A DNA stretch of 35,269 nt from a virus (lineage: Duplodnaviria; Caudoviricetes). Of this stretch, positions 26,170-35,269 are shown piece after piece. The stretch lies in the IMG/VR virus record IMGVR_UViG_3300027813_000035, positions 1 through 35,269 of that record; one strand, written 5' to 3'. The position numbers and the translations under genes are program-made. Each line of letters opens with the position of its first letter. The stretch's first letter is position 1. The notes under the pieces are model-generated. The model saw only the letters and a program-made list of their open reading frames with translations, was not told where the DNA came from and did no database searches.

Positions 26170-27804
26170 CTAGTGGTTTTTACGAACCACAGGTATCCAT
26201 CTATCTCCGTATTCATCAATAGTTTCCTCGTCTAAAGGATCAGTAACACCATCATCTACAAAACCAAATGGTGCCATATCTTGTTCTATTAAGTTTTGTT
26301 GCTCAGCATACATTTGCATACGAGCATTTTGATCTGTTAATTCTTTGAAATAACCTTGGTTTGATACCCAACCAAAGATAACTAAACACATCATTAAATC
26401 GTCATTGCTACCGTCCTCAGCCTGCCAGGATTGACCTTTCTTGGCAAAAGTTGACATCTCCTGTATGATTTTAAAAGAGTTAACCACGATCTTATCTCCC
26501 TCAATAAGTGTCTTTAAATTGGCACAACCAACTTTCTTTGTTGCCTTTGTCATACGAATACCTAAAGATGAACCACGACCACTAAACATAGCACCTAGTA
26601 TTTGACCGGCACGACCTTTTTGTGTAGTCATTAGTACATTAGGATATTCTATTTCATATTGCAAGGCTTCTGCTATCTGTTGACCTATATCATTAACCTC
26701 AGTTAAGATATGTGCTTCGTTATATGCTTTTGCTACTTGTGATATAATATTAGGAAAGACAAAGGGTTTTACTTCATTGTTTTTATAAAGAGCAACAACT
26801 CTAAATGGCATTTTAGTTACATCAAATACAATAAATGCTGAATAATCTTTTTCTACACCTCTTGCGACATCAACTGTACAAACATAAGTACGACCTTTAA
26901 TAGGTGCTTCAAATTGATCTACACTTCCTTTTGATAGTTGAGGTGGTTCATAAGTTAATGCTTTAATTTTTGATGGTGAAATAAGAGTATTGACAGAACC
27001 TAAAAACTCACACTCAAACTCTTGTTGAAATTGCTCAGGTGATGTATTTCTAATTGTTTGTTCTTTCCATTCTTCATCTCTACCAGGAACCTCTGACCAA
27101 TGTACTTCAATAGGTATGTAATCGTTTCTTTTCTTTTCAGCATCAATCCATAATTTATAAAATTGATTCATACCATAAGGTGTAGATACAATTACCATTT
27201 TTGTTTTCTTACCTGAAGATATAGTAGGATAAACGGAACTGAAAAACATTTCAGCAATGTTTGTAGGTACGAAAGCAAACTCATCAAGGAATATAATATT
27301 ATATGATCCACCCCTAATAGCACTTGAAGAAGTGGCAGCAGCAACAATGCTAGATTTATTTTCTAACTCAATGTTACCTTTGTTCCAGTTAACTACTCCT
27401 TGTTGCATCCATTTAGGTAAATTTTCATATGCAAGTTGTAGTCTACCTAATATATCTCTAGCAGTTGAAGACTTATTGGCAAGTAAAGCAATGTTAGAGT
27501 TTGGATTAAACATTGCATAGTGCATTAAGTAAGAAACAGTTGTTGTAGATTTACCTGATTGTCTTGGTAGTTTGCAAATTGTGAATCTGTTGTTGTGTAT
27601 TGTTTCTACAATCTTTCTTTGAAAGTCGTACATTTTAAATGGCACAAGACCATCATCAAGTGATACAATACGAATATATTTTTCCATAAAGTACACAGGA
27701 TCACCAGCACACTTTTGATATTCTAAAATTTGTTCTTTAGTAAATTCTTGTGGTGTGTTGATCTTCTTTAGATTAGGATTACCTAGATAGGCGTCATTAA
27801 TCAT
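26170..27804 (-). CDS. gp17: Terminase large subunit (T4 gp17)
   Basis: PRQSGKS, IFLDEFAF, STPYG, nuclease DVARG and DDLMM. Confidence 0.97.
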   Translation of the reverse strand: MINDAYLGNPNLKKINTPQEFTKEQILEYQKCAGDPVYFMEKYIRIVSLDDGLVPFKMYDFQRKIVETIHNNRFTICKLPRQSGKSTTTVSYLMHYAMFNPNSNIALLANKSSTARDILGRLQLAYENLPKWMQQGVVNWNKGNIELENKSSIVAAATSSSAIRGGSYNIIFLDEFAFVPTNIAEMFFSSVYPTISSGKKTKMVIVSTPYGMNQFYKLWIDAEKKRNDYIPIEVHWSEVPGRDEEWKEQTIRNTSPEQFQQEFECEFLGSVNTLISPSKIKALTYEPPQLSKGSVDQFEAPIKGRTYVCTVDVARGVEKDYSAFIVFDVTKMPFRVVALYKNNEVKPFVFPNIISQVAKAYNEAHILTEVNDIGQQIAEALQYEIEYPNVLMTTQKGRAGQILGAMFSGRGSSLGIRMTKATKKVGCANLKTLIEGDKIVVNSFKIIQEMSTFAKKGQSWQAEDGSNDDLMMCLVIFGWVSNQGYFKELTDQNARMQMYAEQQNLIEQDMAPFGFVDDGVTDPLDEETIDEYGDRWIPVVRKNH

Positions 27805-28450
27805 TATAGTTATAACCTTGATACTCTTTTCCTGTAGTTGGATCTTTCTTCATACTCCTAGGGTCATCTTCCCACATAGTTTTTGTATATCCAAACCAAC
27901 CTGTAATAATATATTTCTCGTGTGTTTTAGATATTTGTCCACTATGAGTATGTGTAAAATCAGTTGGCCAAATTACAGTTAAACCTTTTTTACAAGGTGT
28001 CGTAATATTTTGATATTTAAAATTTGTACCAGCGTCAGGTGTATCTGTTAAATATGTCATCCATACAAGACAACGATTTTCATTTTTAGATGTTCTCTCA
28101 CAATGCTCAGCAAAATAACCTCCACCAGGTTTATAATACTGTATGTTAGCACCTTCGTTCATTCCATATTGTTGAAAATTACTTAATTCAGGATACTTTT
28201 CTTCATATAATTTAACACAATCTTTTAATGATTTTTTATACTCCATAAAAGCAGGGTCTGTATAGTCTGGGTGTAATCCAAGATCAACTGAATCTTTGTT
28301 GTTCTTATTAACATTGTGAGGGCCACCTATAACACCTGTATTATGACGATCAGTATTGTTGTTAAATACATTTATAAGTCCATCGCATATTTTAGGATCA
28401 ATATGCCAAGCACCTATAAAACTTTCTAATGGTAATTTATATTCAAGCAC
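27797..28450 (-). CDS. 2OG-Fe(II) oxygenase (prolyl-4-hydroxylase-like)
   Basis: IQYYKPGGGYFAEHCE, WMTYL, WPTDFTHTHSG, KYIITGW. Confidence 0.85.
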   Translation of the reverse strand: MLEYKLPLESFIGAWHIDPKICDGLINVFNNNTDRHNTGVIGGPHNVNKNNKDSVDLGLHPDYTDPAFMEYKKSLKDCVKLYEEKYPELSNFQQYGMNEGANIQYYKPGGGYFAEHCERTSKNENRCLVWMTYLTDTPDAGTNFKYQNITTPCKKGLTVIWPTDFTHTHSGQISKTHEKYIITGWFGYTKTMWEDDPRSMKKDPTTGKEYQGYNYND

Positions 28451-29060
28451 CTAATTCTTCCAATTGTTTTTTTAATAAAGCAATTTTTATTTTTTTTAAT
28501 TCATCTTCAGTCGTAACTTTTGGTGCCAAACCTGATAATCTTTTTAAAAAATATAAAGGTTCTTTTTTATTTGTATTAATATTTTTAATTTCACTTGTAG
28601 CCCAAACTTTATAACCTAAACTTTTTCTATAATCCAAATCAAAATTGTCTTCAGGAAAACTAAAAGCATAATTAACTATATATTTATCTTTAATTCGTCT
28701 ATCAAATTCTTCGTGTAATGCTCTAGCATTTTCAACATTGTCTGCAAATAAATTGCCATCAAAAACATCTTTTGATCCAGATATTTCATCACTACCTGTG
28801 TGTGTAATGGAATGCCAATGAATACCTGCAAATTTATTTCCGTCAAAAGCACCTAACCAGGTAGTTTTTCCTCCATAAATCGGCATAAACTTTTCAAAAA
28901 TTGGTCCTTTAATTGATGTAGTTGCACCTTTTAACTTGACACTATTGTACAACTCAGAATTTAATCTGTTGAATTTTAATTGCGCCTCAGATTCGTTAAG
29001 GCCTTCTTGTTTAAGATAACTGTTTGCTGTTTCTAAATCTATTTCTCGTACTTCAATCAT
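28443..29060 (-). CDS. Hypothetical protein, possibly GNAT-fold
   Basis: MIEVREI start, WLGAFDGNKFAG strand pair and YRKSLGY resemble GNAT elements; SD AAGGAG. Fold assignment is weak. Confidence 0.55.
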   Translation of the reverse strand: MIEVREIDLETANSYLKQEGLNESEAQLKFNRLNSELYNSVKLKGATTSIKGPIFEKFMPIYGGKTTWLGAFDGNKFAGIHWHSITHTGSDEISGSKDVFDGNLFADNVENARALHEEFDRRIKDKYIVNYAFSFPEDNFDLDYRKSLGYKVWATSEIKNINTNKKEPLYFLKRLSGLAPKVTTEDELKKIKIALLKKQLEELGA

Positions 29061-29099
29061 TTAAAACTCCTTACTATATGTATAAGAGTTCTAAAAGTG

Positions 29100-29588
29100 T
29101 TATTTTGGTGTGATGTCTTTAAAACTTTTTTCATTATCATTTTCCTTTTTTCTTTCACTATTAGTTTCTACTGTATTCTTGTTTAACATTTTTTGCAATT
29201 CTGTCGTTGATCCAACAAATAAAGCATTTTTGATAGTGGCGTTTGTCTTGCCAGGTACTTCTTTTAAGTCTTTCAATTTTTTTTGTAAGTCTTGTAGTTT
29301 ATCAACCGAAGTAGCAACTTGACCTATTAACTGTCCAACAACCTCATATGCTCTAGGGTGTTGACCTTCTTTTGCAATATCAAGTATGCCTTGTATTGCC
29401 TCTTGACCTTTTTCAATTAGATTATAATAACTATCTCTACTATAATCGTAATCAGTATTAATATCTTTATCCATTTTTACTTCAACTTCACCAGTCTTTC
29501 TTTTAACAGGTGGTTGAAACTCTTGTGGTTTTGGTGCTTCTGATTCTACACCTAAAATTTCATTTACTTTTTCTTCTAATTTATTCAT
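29100..29588 (-). CDS. gp16: Terminase small subunit (T4 gp16), 162 aa
   Basis: DYDYSR..Y.LIEKGQEAI, HPRAYEV, NALFVGSTTELQKML. Start moved to ATG 29588 overlapping the gp15 stop. Confidence 0.92.
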   Translation of the reverse strand: MNKLEEKVNEILGVESEAPKPQEFQPPVKRKTGEVEVKMDKDINTDYDYSRDSYYNLIEKGQEAIQGILDIAKEGQHPRAYEVVGQLIGQVATSVDKLQDLQKKLKDLKEVPGKTNATIKNALFVGSTTELQKMLNKNTVETNSERKKENDNEKSFKDITPK

Positions 29589-30384
29589 CTGTATCCGTAC
29601 TCGGGTTATATCGTTTACCATCATTAAAGAAACTAATTGTAGTTGTAAATCCAAAATCATCATCTGCGTCAGCAGTTTCAGGATTAGGTATTACTACAAC
29701 TCTTTCATCTCTAGTCAAGGGACCATCTGTATCTGCCCCTAAATCTGCCTGTGCTTTTTTAATAACACCTTGGTTGTTCATAGGACCAAACAGATATGTT
29801 TTAGCAGTAAAGTTAATAGTATATATAACGGCTCTACGACTAGTAAAATCTCCGTCATAACTATCCTCGTAATTTATGTTACCTAACACGATAGGTATAT
29901 CTCTTTTAATATCTAACTTAGGAACCATATTGACTGTAACTGTATAGTCTGGTTGAAAGTAAGGTAGTATTTGTTCTATAATTTGTAGACCATCTTCAGC
30001 AGTTGCTGTAAAAATGTATAGTTGTAAACTAATATTATAAGGTACAGGTGTATAATTAAAGTTAGTTTTCTTACCGTCTTCACCTGTTTTAACTTGTGAA
30101 TATTTTTGAACACGAGTTAATTTTCTAGTAGCGTCATAATTAAGACCTGTAATTTCAAAACCCATACGAGGTAATGATGTTGCAAACTCTCTACTATTCA
30201 AATTTGCTTGTTGATCTAATCTAACTAAAAATTTTTCTTTAGGTGCATATGCAAGAGGTACTTTTATTCTACTAGTTACACCACCAGTAGCATTTTCTCT
30301 TTGAATAACTATGTTGTTAAACACTTGTCCAAATGCAACAATTAATTTTCTAAAACTTTGATTGTAAAATCTATTTCCTAACAT
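29581..30384 (-). CDS. gp15: Tail sheath terminator/stabiliser (T4 gp15)
   Basis: FYNQSFRK, KVPLAYAPKEKF, LPRMGFE, QIIEQILPYFQP. Confidence 0.93.
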   Translation of the reverse strand: MLGNRFYNQSFRKLIVAFGQVFNNIVIQRENATGGVTSRIKVPLAYAPKEKFLVRLDQQANLNSREFATSLPRMGFEITGLNYDATRKLTRVQKYSQVKTGEDGKKTNFNYTPVPYNISLQLYIFTATAEDGLQIIEQILPYFQPDYTVTVNMVPKLDIKRDIPIVLGNINYEDSYDGDFTSRRAVIYTINFTAKTYLFGPMNNQGVIKKAQADLGADTDGPLTRDERVVVIPNPETADADDDFGFTTTISFFNDGKRYNPSTDTDE

Positions 30385-31199
30385 TATAAACTATCCTCAT
30401 CTCCGAATGGATTTCTTTCTGTAAAGTCTAGTATATCATCTAAAGTAGAAGAAGTATCAAATCCTGCTTCAGAATCTAAATCTGTATTAGAAGCATAAGA
30501 TGATTGAGTTTGTATTGAGGATGCTGTAAATTCTTCACTCATTAAAAATTGTGGTTCACCTGTTGATAAATCTTCTTCTAGTCTTATTGATCCTTCGCCA
30601 TCTAAAGCAACTTGACCACTCTCTAAACTAAATTTGTAATTTAATTGATCTAGTGTGTACTTGTCTCCAGCACTATCAATAACATCTAAACCTGTATCAA
30701 GTTTCTCACTAGAATATTCCCAACGAGTCACTCTTAATTTGTAAACTGGTAGTTGACCTAATGCAAAGAAAGGTTCCTGATCTTCAACAAACTGTATTTC
30801 AAAAAATGAGTTCATCAAAGGATAATAAATTATATCACCTTCGTTTGGTCTACCTGTAGCAATTAAACTATCTTTTAAACCAACGTGGTAATCCCAAGCT
30901 CTTTTAGACACCATAAATGTAGTGTCTTCTCTTATCTCTAAACCAAATTTTGAAACTATTTCTTGTTGACCTGCAAAGCCTTCGGTTGACTCTACATACA
31001 TTTCTACCATCCAAGAGTCATCAAAACGAGAAGTCGTATCTTCTCCTAAGATCAAATCTCTATTGACTAGTGTTCTAGGTAGGTAATAAACATCGTGCCC
31101 ATAAATTTTTAGGCCCTCTACAATTAAATCCTCGTAAAGTCTTTTCTCGTTTTGATTACCGATACCGTTGCCACCTTGAAAGTAATGATTAACTGGCAT
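30384..31199 (-). CDS. gp14: Neck protein (T4 gp14)
   Basis: DVYYLPR, SKFGLEIR, RPNEGDIIY, PFFALG. Confidence 0.93.
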   Translation of the reverse strand: MPVNHYFQGGNGIGNQNEKRLYEDLIVEGLKIYGHDVYYLPRTLVNRDLILGEDTTSRFDDSWMVEMYVESTEGFAGQQEIVSKFGLEIREDTTFMVSKRAWDYHVGLKDSLIATGRPNEGDIIYYPLMNSFFEIQFVEDQEPFFALGQLPVYKLRVTRWEYSSEKLDTGLDVIDSAGDKYTLDQLNYKFSLESGQVALDGEGSIRLEEDLSTGEPQFLMSEEFTASSIQTQSSYASNTDLDSEAGFDTSSTLDDILDFTERNPFGDEDSL

Positions 31200-31203
31200 A
31201 GCA

Positions 31204-32025
31204 TTATCCTATCATAAAGGCTGGGTTTAATTCAAATGTACTTCTTATTTCTGTTTCTAGTTTTTCTATATCAGCAAGCGCCTCAGAATATATTTGTTGT
31301 CCGTTTAAAGTTACGCCACCGACCATTGCAACACCATTAAATTTAGATAAGTTAGCGCCCCATTGTTTTTTAAATAAAGCAGTAGTATATCTTTTTAAAT
31401 AAATGTCATTGAAAACATCTGTGTAAGTGTTTGGATCTAATCTTCTATAACATTCTATTACTATAAATTCATCTTCTTCTAAATCATTCTTCCAATCCAT
31501 ATCAATGTAAAGTCTATTGTCGTGTTGATTGAATCTCATAGGTTTTTCACCTACAAGTATATGATCTAAAAAATCTAAATGTCTTAATACAACATCATAG
31601 TTAACCATTGAAGTTGAAGAAAAATCATACAGATCATTTAATCTCATTTGGTATCTTACATCAAATAGATTCATATTACCTTTGTTTGTAATTGGAAAGA
31701 TATTAATAATAGAAAGAATGGTCTCAGGTACTACAAGATAATTTTTATCTTCATACCAAGTTGTTGAAACACCTGTATCTTTTAAATCTGATTTAGTTTC
31801 GCTCTCGGTATTTAAACCAGTTAAACGAGTTTTGTCTTCAGCCGTTAATTTGTATTTTAAATATGTTCTTCTAATACCGTCATAGTGAAACTGTTGAAAA
31901 TATTGTACAGCTTCATCTATTCTATCTTCTAATTGGTCATCATCAGCATTTATTTCAATCACTGGTTTACCCAATGCTCGTAATGCGTATTGCTTTAATG
32001 TTTCTCGTGTAGATGGTACAGCCAT
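31204..32025 (-). CDS. gp13: Neck protein (T4 gp13)
   Basis: YALRALGKPVIEIN, KKQWGANLSKF, GGVTLNG. Confidence 0.93.
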   Translation of the reverse strand: MAVPSTRETLKQYALRALGKPVIEINADDDQLEDRIDEAVQYFQQFHYDGIRRTYLKYKLTAEDKTRLTGLNTESETKSDLKDTGVSTTWYEDKNYLVVPETILSIINIFPITNKGNMNLFDVRYQMRLNDLYDFSSTSMVNYDVVLRHLDFLDHILVGEKPMRFNQHDNRLYIDMDWKNDLEEDEFIVIECYRRLDPNTYTDVFNDIYLKRYTTALFKKQWGANLSKFNGVAMVGGVTLNGQQIYSEALADIEKLETEIRSTFELNPAFMIG

Positions 32026-32046
32026 ATAATTCCTCTTTGTTATTAC

Positions 32047-32054
32047 TATTTATA
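32047..32054 (-). promoter_or_regulatory. T4-type late promoter TATAAATA upstream of gp13
   Basis: Exact consensus in intergenic DNA. Confidence 0.8.
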
Positions 32055-32058
32055 AGAA

Positions 32059-32739
32059 TTATTTAATGGTAGGAAAGAGATTATCAGCACAAAACAACTT
32101 TATATCATCTTCAGGTAACCCTAGTGATTGCATTGTTTTTGGTGTATGTGGATTCTTTTGTTGATTAATACAGTAATAATTTTGTGCATTTATGACATCT
32201 TCCTTAACAGAATCGTTATCATAATCACCTATCTTGTCAATATATGCGTTTAAGTTTGATAAACCCATTGTACATATTTGTTCTAATTCTTTTTCTTCTC
32301 TTACATTACCAGCAGCAATCATTCCTGGACTAAAGATATTCTTTGCCCAATCAGGCAATTCTCTTACCTTTGATGGTTTGTACCATTTGTTTTCTTCTAT
32401 AAAATATTTTGTTAATGCGTGTTCTTTTTTAAGTAGTGGAGAGAAGTCGTGGAACGCACCAGTAACTTTACTCTTACCTGCAATAATATCAAAACCGTAA
32501 ATAGGTCCACCATTTGTAGTAATAGGAAATAGACATATATGTGCCATCCATAATCCTTTAGATTCTCTAGCGTCAACTACATCAACGTGAGCTCTTCTAA
32601 TACTTCTATTTTTCCAAGTACGATTTGTCCAGTTAGGATTATTAAATCTATCCATACCTGGTTCTTTGTACTCAATTAAATTCTTATCTAATACTTCTAT
32701 TATTTGTTTTTCTAGTTTAATTAATCTTTCCCAGATCAT
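32059..32739 (-). CDS. pcyX: Ferredoxin-dependent bilin reductase, PcyX/PcyA type
   Basis: RRAHVDVVD, LWMAHICLFP, PIYGFDIIAG, GAFHDFSP, RELPDWA..IFS, QNYYC.NQQKNPHT. Coupled (TAATG) to heme oxygenase. Confidence 0.85.
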   Translation of the reverse strand: MIWERLIKLEKQIIEVLDKNLIEYKEPGMDRFNNPNWTNRTWKNRSIRRAHVDVVDARESKGLWMAHICLFPITTNGGPIYGFDIIAGKSKVTGAFHDFSPLLKKEHALTKYFIEENKWYKPSKVRELPDWAKNIFSPGMIAAGNVREEKELEQICTMGLSNLNAYIDKIGDYDNDSVKEDVINAQNYYCINQQKNPHTPKTMQSLGLPEDDIKLFCADNLFPTIK

Positions 32740-33398
32740 TAATCTTTACCTTGAATGGTAGTTCCTTTGAAAGGATCGTTTTCTATATCTCTATTATCAC
32801 TAGTAAATTCAAAAACTTCGTTTGTTAATACTAGAGGTTTACTGATTTCGTTCATCTCTTTAAATAAATTTGTAGCAGATTCAAAACAATACTCTACTTC
32901 ACTTAACACATTAATTTTATATGTGTTCAAGTATTCATTTATAATTTCTTTTACAATTCTTTTGTACTCTTGTCCTTGACCATTAAAGTCATAAAATGAT
33001 TTAACAGGTACTTTTTTAGAAATCATCTGACCACCAGATAGATCACCTAAGTGTCTAACATAGATATGTCCGTATAGTTTTTCTGGATCGTCTTTGATAG
33101 TTTCAATATGCTCAACATATTTTTTTGTACTAGGTGTGATTTCAGGATTGAAATCAAGTTCCCATAGTTTTTTGAAATCTCTATGTATATTTTCTGCTCT
33201 TTGTAGACCAGGTGTTTGTCTAAACAAGTCATTGTGCATTCCATACTTCTCTAGTACAGAATAACATTGTAACTGATTATACAAGTAGATAGCGTACAAT
33301 TCTGGACGAATCGTACCACTCATTAGAATTTTTACAAATTCTTGTCGTTCAGCGTTTTGATGAATCTCTTTAGTGAGCTCTTTAATGTCATATGCCAT
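32739..33398 (-). CDS. hemO: Heme oxygenase
   Basis: Proximal His in TKEIHQNAE and signature HIYVRHLGDLSGGQ. Confidence 0.92.
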   Translation of the reverse strand: MAYDIKELTKEIHQNAERQEFVKILMSGTIRPELYAIYLYNQLQCYSVLEKYGMHNDLFRQTPGLQRAENIHRDFKKLWELDFNPEITPSTKKYVEHIETIKDDPEKLYGHIYVRHLGDLSGGQMISKKVPVKSFYDFNGQGQEYKRIVKEIINEYLNTYKINVLSEVEYCFESATNLFKEMNEISKPLVLTNEVFEFTSDNRDIENDPFKGTTIQGKD

Positions 33399-33444
33399 AA
33401 TATAAAACCAACAATGTAAAGTTAAGTATTAAACTTATCTAAAC

Positions 33445-33708
33445 TTATTCGCCAGCTAAAGCGTCTGCTGTTGCCTTATCAGTTGCAATTTGAGCTATTC
33501 TATCAGTTTCTTGTTGTGCCTGAGCATCGGTTTCGTTTTTAGCGCCACCGAATACAACTACATTGCCATCTGAGTCTAAAGATAATCTCCAAGACTCAAC
33601 ATCTGCAATACCAGTTTTTTTAACTGCTTCACCTTTAGCAACTGCGTCATCACCTGTTACAGCATTAGCAGTAAAAGGTTCACCATTGTTATTAAAATAA
33701 TAATCCAT
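33445..33708 (-). CDS. Hypothetical acidic/Ala-rich protein, 87 aa
   Basis: Clean ORF with SD GAAGGA, directly after the 502-aa gene. Confidence 0.7.
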   Translation of the reverse strand: MDYYFNNNGEPFTANAVTGDDAVAKGEAVKKTGIADVESWRLSLDSDGNVVVFGGAKNETDAQAQQETDRIAQIATDKATADALAGE

Positions 33709-33734
33709 TTTTTATATTCCTTCTATTGTTAATT

Positions 33735-35243
33735 TTATGTAGTGGCGTCTATACCGTGTTTACCACCGTAGCAACTATCAGTATTACCGTAGTTACCCCA
33801 CCAGTCAACTTGGCACATCATTGGATAACAAGTAGAACAGAATCCACCGTGTAGGAAATTTCTGGACTGTGTTAAACTATAATTACCTGACTTGTTAGTT
33901 ACCATTGTTCCGGTTCCTCTAGCATTACCATCTTGTACAACAGTATTTCCATCATCAGCACCATACATAACTTCCGTTTGAGCTGTGTGATCTGAATCAG
34001 TTGGGTCAAATGTCCAAGCATATGTTCTCCAAGATTCACTATCTGTGTTATCAGAATATCCACCGTGGAATCCAGTTTTACCCCAAGCAAGGAAAGGATT
34101 TCCTCTACCTGATTTAGTCTGGTTAACACTTATGAACTTTCTAGGATTTTCTAAACTCATACACCAACCGCAAATACCAACTCCGTAGTAGTAGTAAGCA
34201 CCATAAATCATTCCCCAAGTACCATCCCAAGTTGTATTAAACTTCGTGTACAAGTAAGCATCATTTTCAGCACTATAAGATGTTGTAGTTGAACCGTTGA
34301 AATCTTGCCAACCAATGTAAAGTCTAGCAGCAGCAGTAGTTCCTAATGATGTTCCGTTCTTACAGTTGTAAGCAGCATATCTCATACCGTTACCGTGTTT
34401 GTGTCCGAAACCAACCCACTCGTTATTACCAACTGCAACAGTCATATTTCTATTGTTGTTAGATGTCCAAGTGTCAGTAAAGTATTCAGTAGAAGTTAAG
34501 TTATCAAAGTAATCTTTGATTCTGTTAACTTGATTTAAACATACACTTGATTTGAAAATGTGAATTACTTTTGTAGTATTTGAACCTTCGTTATTAGAGT
34601 GAACCATAACAAGCATTTTGTTTTTCTCGTTATATCCAGTACCTGTAGCGTAAGCACTACTTGTAAGTAACATATGTGAAGTGTAATTATACCATTGAAT
34701 TTGTCCACTAGAGTTATTTCCTGGATTCAATTCTCTCATAGTTTGTTGTCTATTTGTAAATAGTCTTCTAGGTCTGATACCTTCTGGTAAAACCATATTT
34801 AGTTTAGACCAAGCAGTTGTAAATTCAAATGAAGATGTCATTTGGTGATAAGAATGAAACGAAATAAATCCATCTTTTGAAGATGTGTAGTATTGTGCCC
34901 AAGGATATTGGTCACATTGGTACATAGATTTTAAGTAACAAGTCCAAGAAGTGTAAGATTGTGAAGTTAAGTTACAATGCGAAACATCTGTTGAGTGGTC
35001 ACTATAATTGTATGAGTGTGAAGCGTCTCCTAACATACCGAAACGATAGTTAGTAGTTGAGTTACAAACGGCTGCCCAAGGCGAACCTACATTTTTGAAA
35101 CCTGAATCGTAAATTCTGTAATTAACGTTGTGATTTTGGTCGGAGTTATCTCCCCAAATACCAAATAATGGAAGTCCTTCTTTTCGGTGATCTATTGATC
35201 CACCACTAGAACCGCCACCTAATAAGTTTGTTAAACTAGCCAT
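33735..35243 (-). CDS. Putative virion structural / tail-associated protein, 502 aa
   Basis: SD AGGAG; Gly-rich N-terminus (LLGGGSSGG); rich in S/T/N/G/W/Y; lies upstream of the neck genes. No family recognised. Confidence 0.55.
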   Translation of the reverse strand: MASLTNLLGGGSSGGSIDHRKEGLPLFGIWGDNSDQNHNVNYRIYDSGFKNVGSPWAAVCNSTTNYRFGMLGDASHSYNYSDHSTDVSHCNLTSQSYTSWTCYLKSMYQCDQYPWAQYYTSSKDGFISFHSYHQMTSSFEFTTAWSKLNMVLPEGIRPRRLFTNRQQTMRELNPGNNSSGQIQWYNYTSHMLLTSSAYATGTGYNEKNKMLVMVHSNNEGSNTTKVIHIFKSSVCLNQVNRIKDYFDNLTSTEYFTDTWTSNNNRNMTVAVGNNEWVGFGHKHGNGMRYAAYNCKNGTSLGTTAAARLYIGWQDFNGSTTTSYSAENDAYLYTKFNTTWDGTWGMIYGAYYYYGVGICGWCMSLENPRKFISVNQTKSGRGNPFLAWGKTGFHGGYSDNTDSESWRTYAWTFDPTDSDHTAQTEVMYGADDGNTVVQDGNARGTGTMVTNKSGNYSLTQSRNFLHGGFCSTCYPMMCQVDWWGNYGNTDSCYGGKHGIDATT

Positions 35244-35269
35244 TGATTTGTTCTCCTAAATTTTCTTTT

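Noticed and set aside
10144-27804. Inteins, introns or homing endonucleases in gp46, uvsW, gp20, gp17
   Set aside because: The genes are uninterrupted and of ordinary length; no LAGLIDADG, HNH, GIY-YIG or intein splice motifs were noticed.
42-29663. Extended N-termini in the ORF track for hsp20, 1016-1462, 1372-1737, the MTase, uvsY, 21450-21842 and gp16
   Set aside because: They overlap upstream genes, promoters or RBS elements; downstream starts have SD sequences or stop-start coupling and fit the expected protein N-termini.
133-32979. All plus-strand ORFs in the track (e.g. 840-1334, 2205-2534, 14132-14437, 24089-24538)
   Set aside because: They are antisense shadows of well-supported minus-strand genes, rich in F/L/S/I with no motifs. 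14132-14437 starts inside a -10 element region.
33047-34129. Nested minus-strand ORFs 33047-33244 and 33899-34129
   Set aside because: Out-of-frame inside hemO and the 502-aa gene, with no recognisable motif or RBS.

Overview
A 35-kb segment of an AT-rich T4-like myovirus genome. All credible genes are on the minus strand. Gene order and accessory content resemble marine Pelagibacter phage HTVC008M-like myoviruses; an alphaproteobacterial/SAR11 host is inferred, not shown. In transcription order (right to left): a putative virion protein, a heme oxygenase + PcyX-type bilin reductase cassette, neck/tail/terminase/head genes (gp13-gp23, gp3), uvsY-uvsW, late sigma gp55, gp47/gp46, then an accessory block. 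That block holds four 2OG-Fe(II) oxygenases (counting those inserted among core genes), peptide deformylase, a fold-II PLP enzyme, a T4 beta-glucosyltransferase-like protein, an amino-type DNA methyltransferase, a peptidase-VWA/AAA+ pair, ribosomal protein bS21 and Hsp20. The best candidate for an undescribed system is the contiguous PLP enzyme-glycosyltransferase-dioxygenase-methyltransferase cluster (5371-8950), possibly a DNA hypermodification pathway. Non-coding signals include a ROSE-like RNA thermometer on hsp20, several apparently leaderless genes, a highly structured rpsU-hsp20 spacer, an antisense sigma70 promoter and an alphaproteobacterial LexA-box-like site. All family calls are from motif recognition by eye; no searches were run. 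Several starts were moved from the ORF track to better-supported codons.
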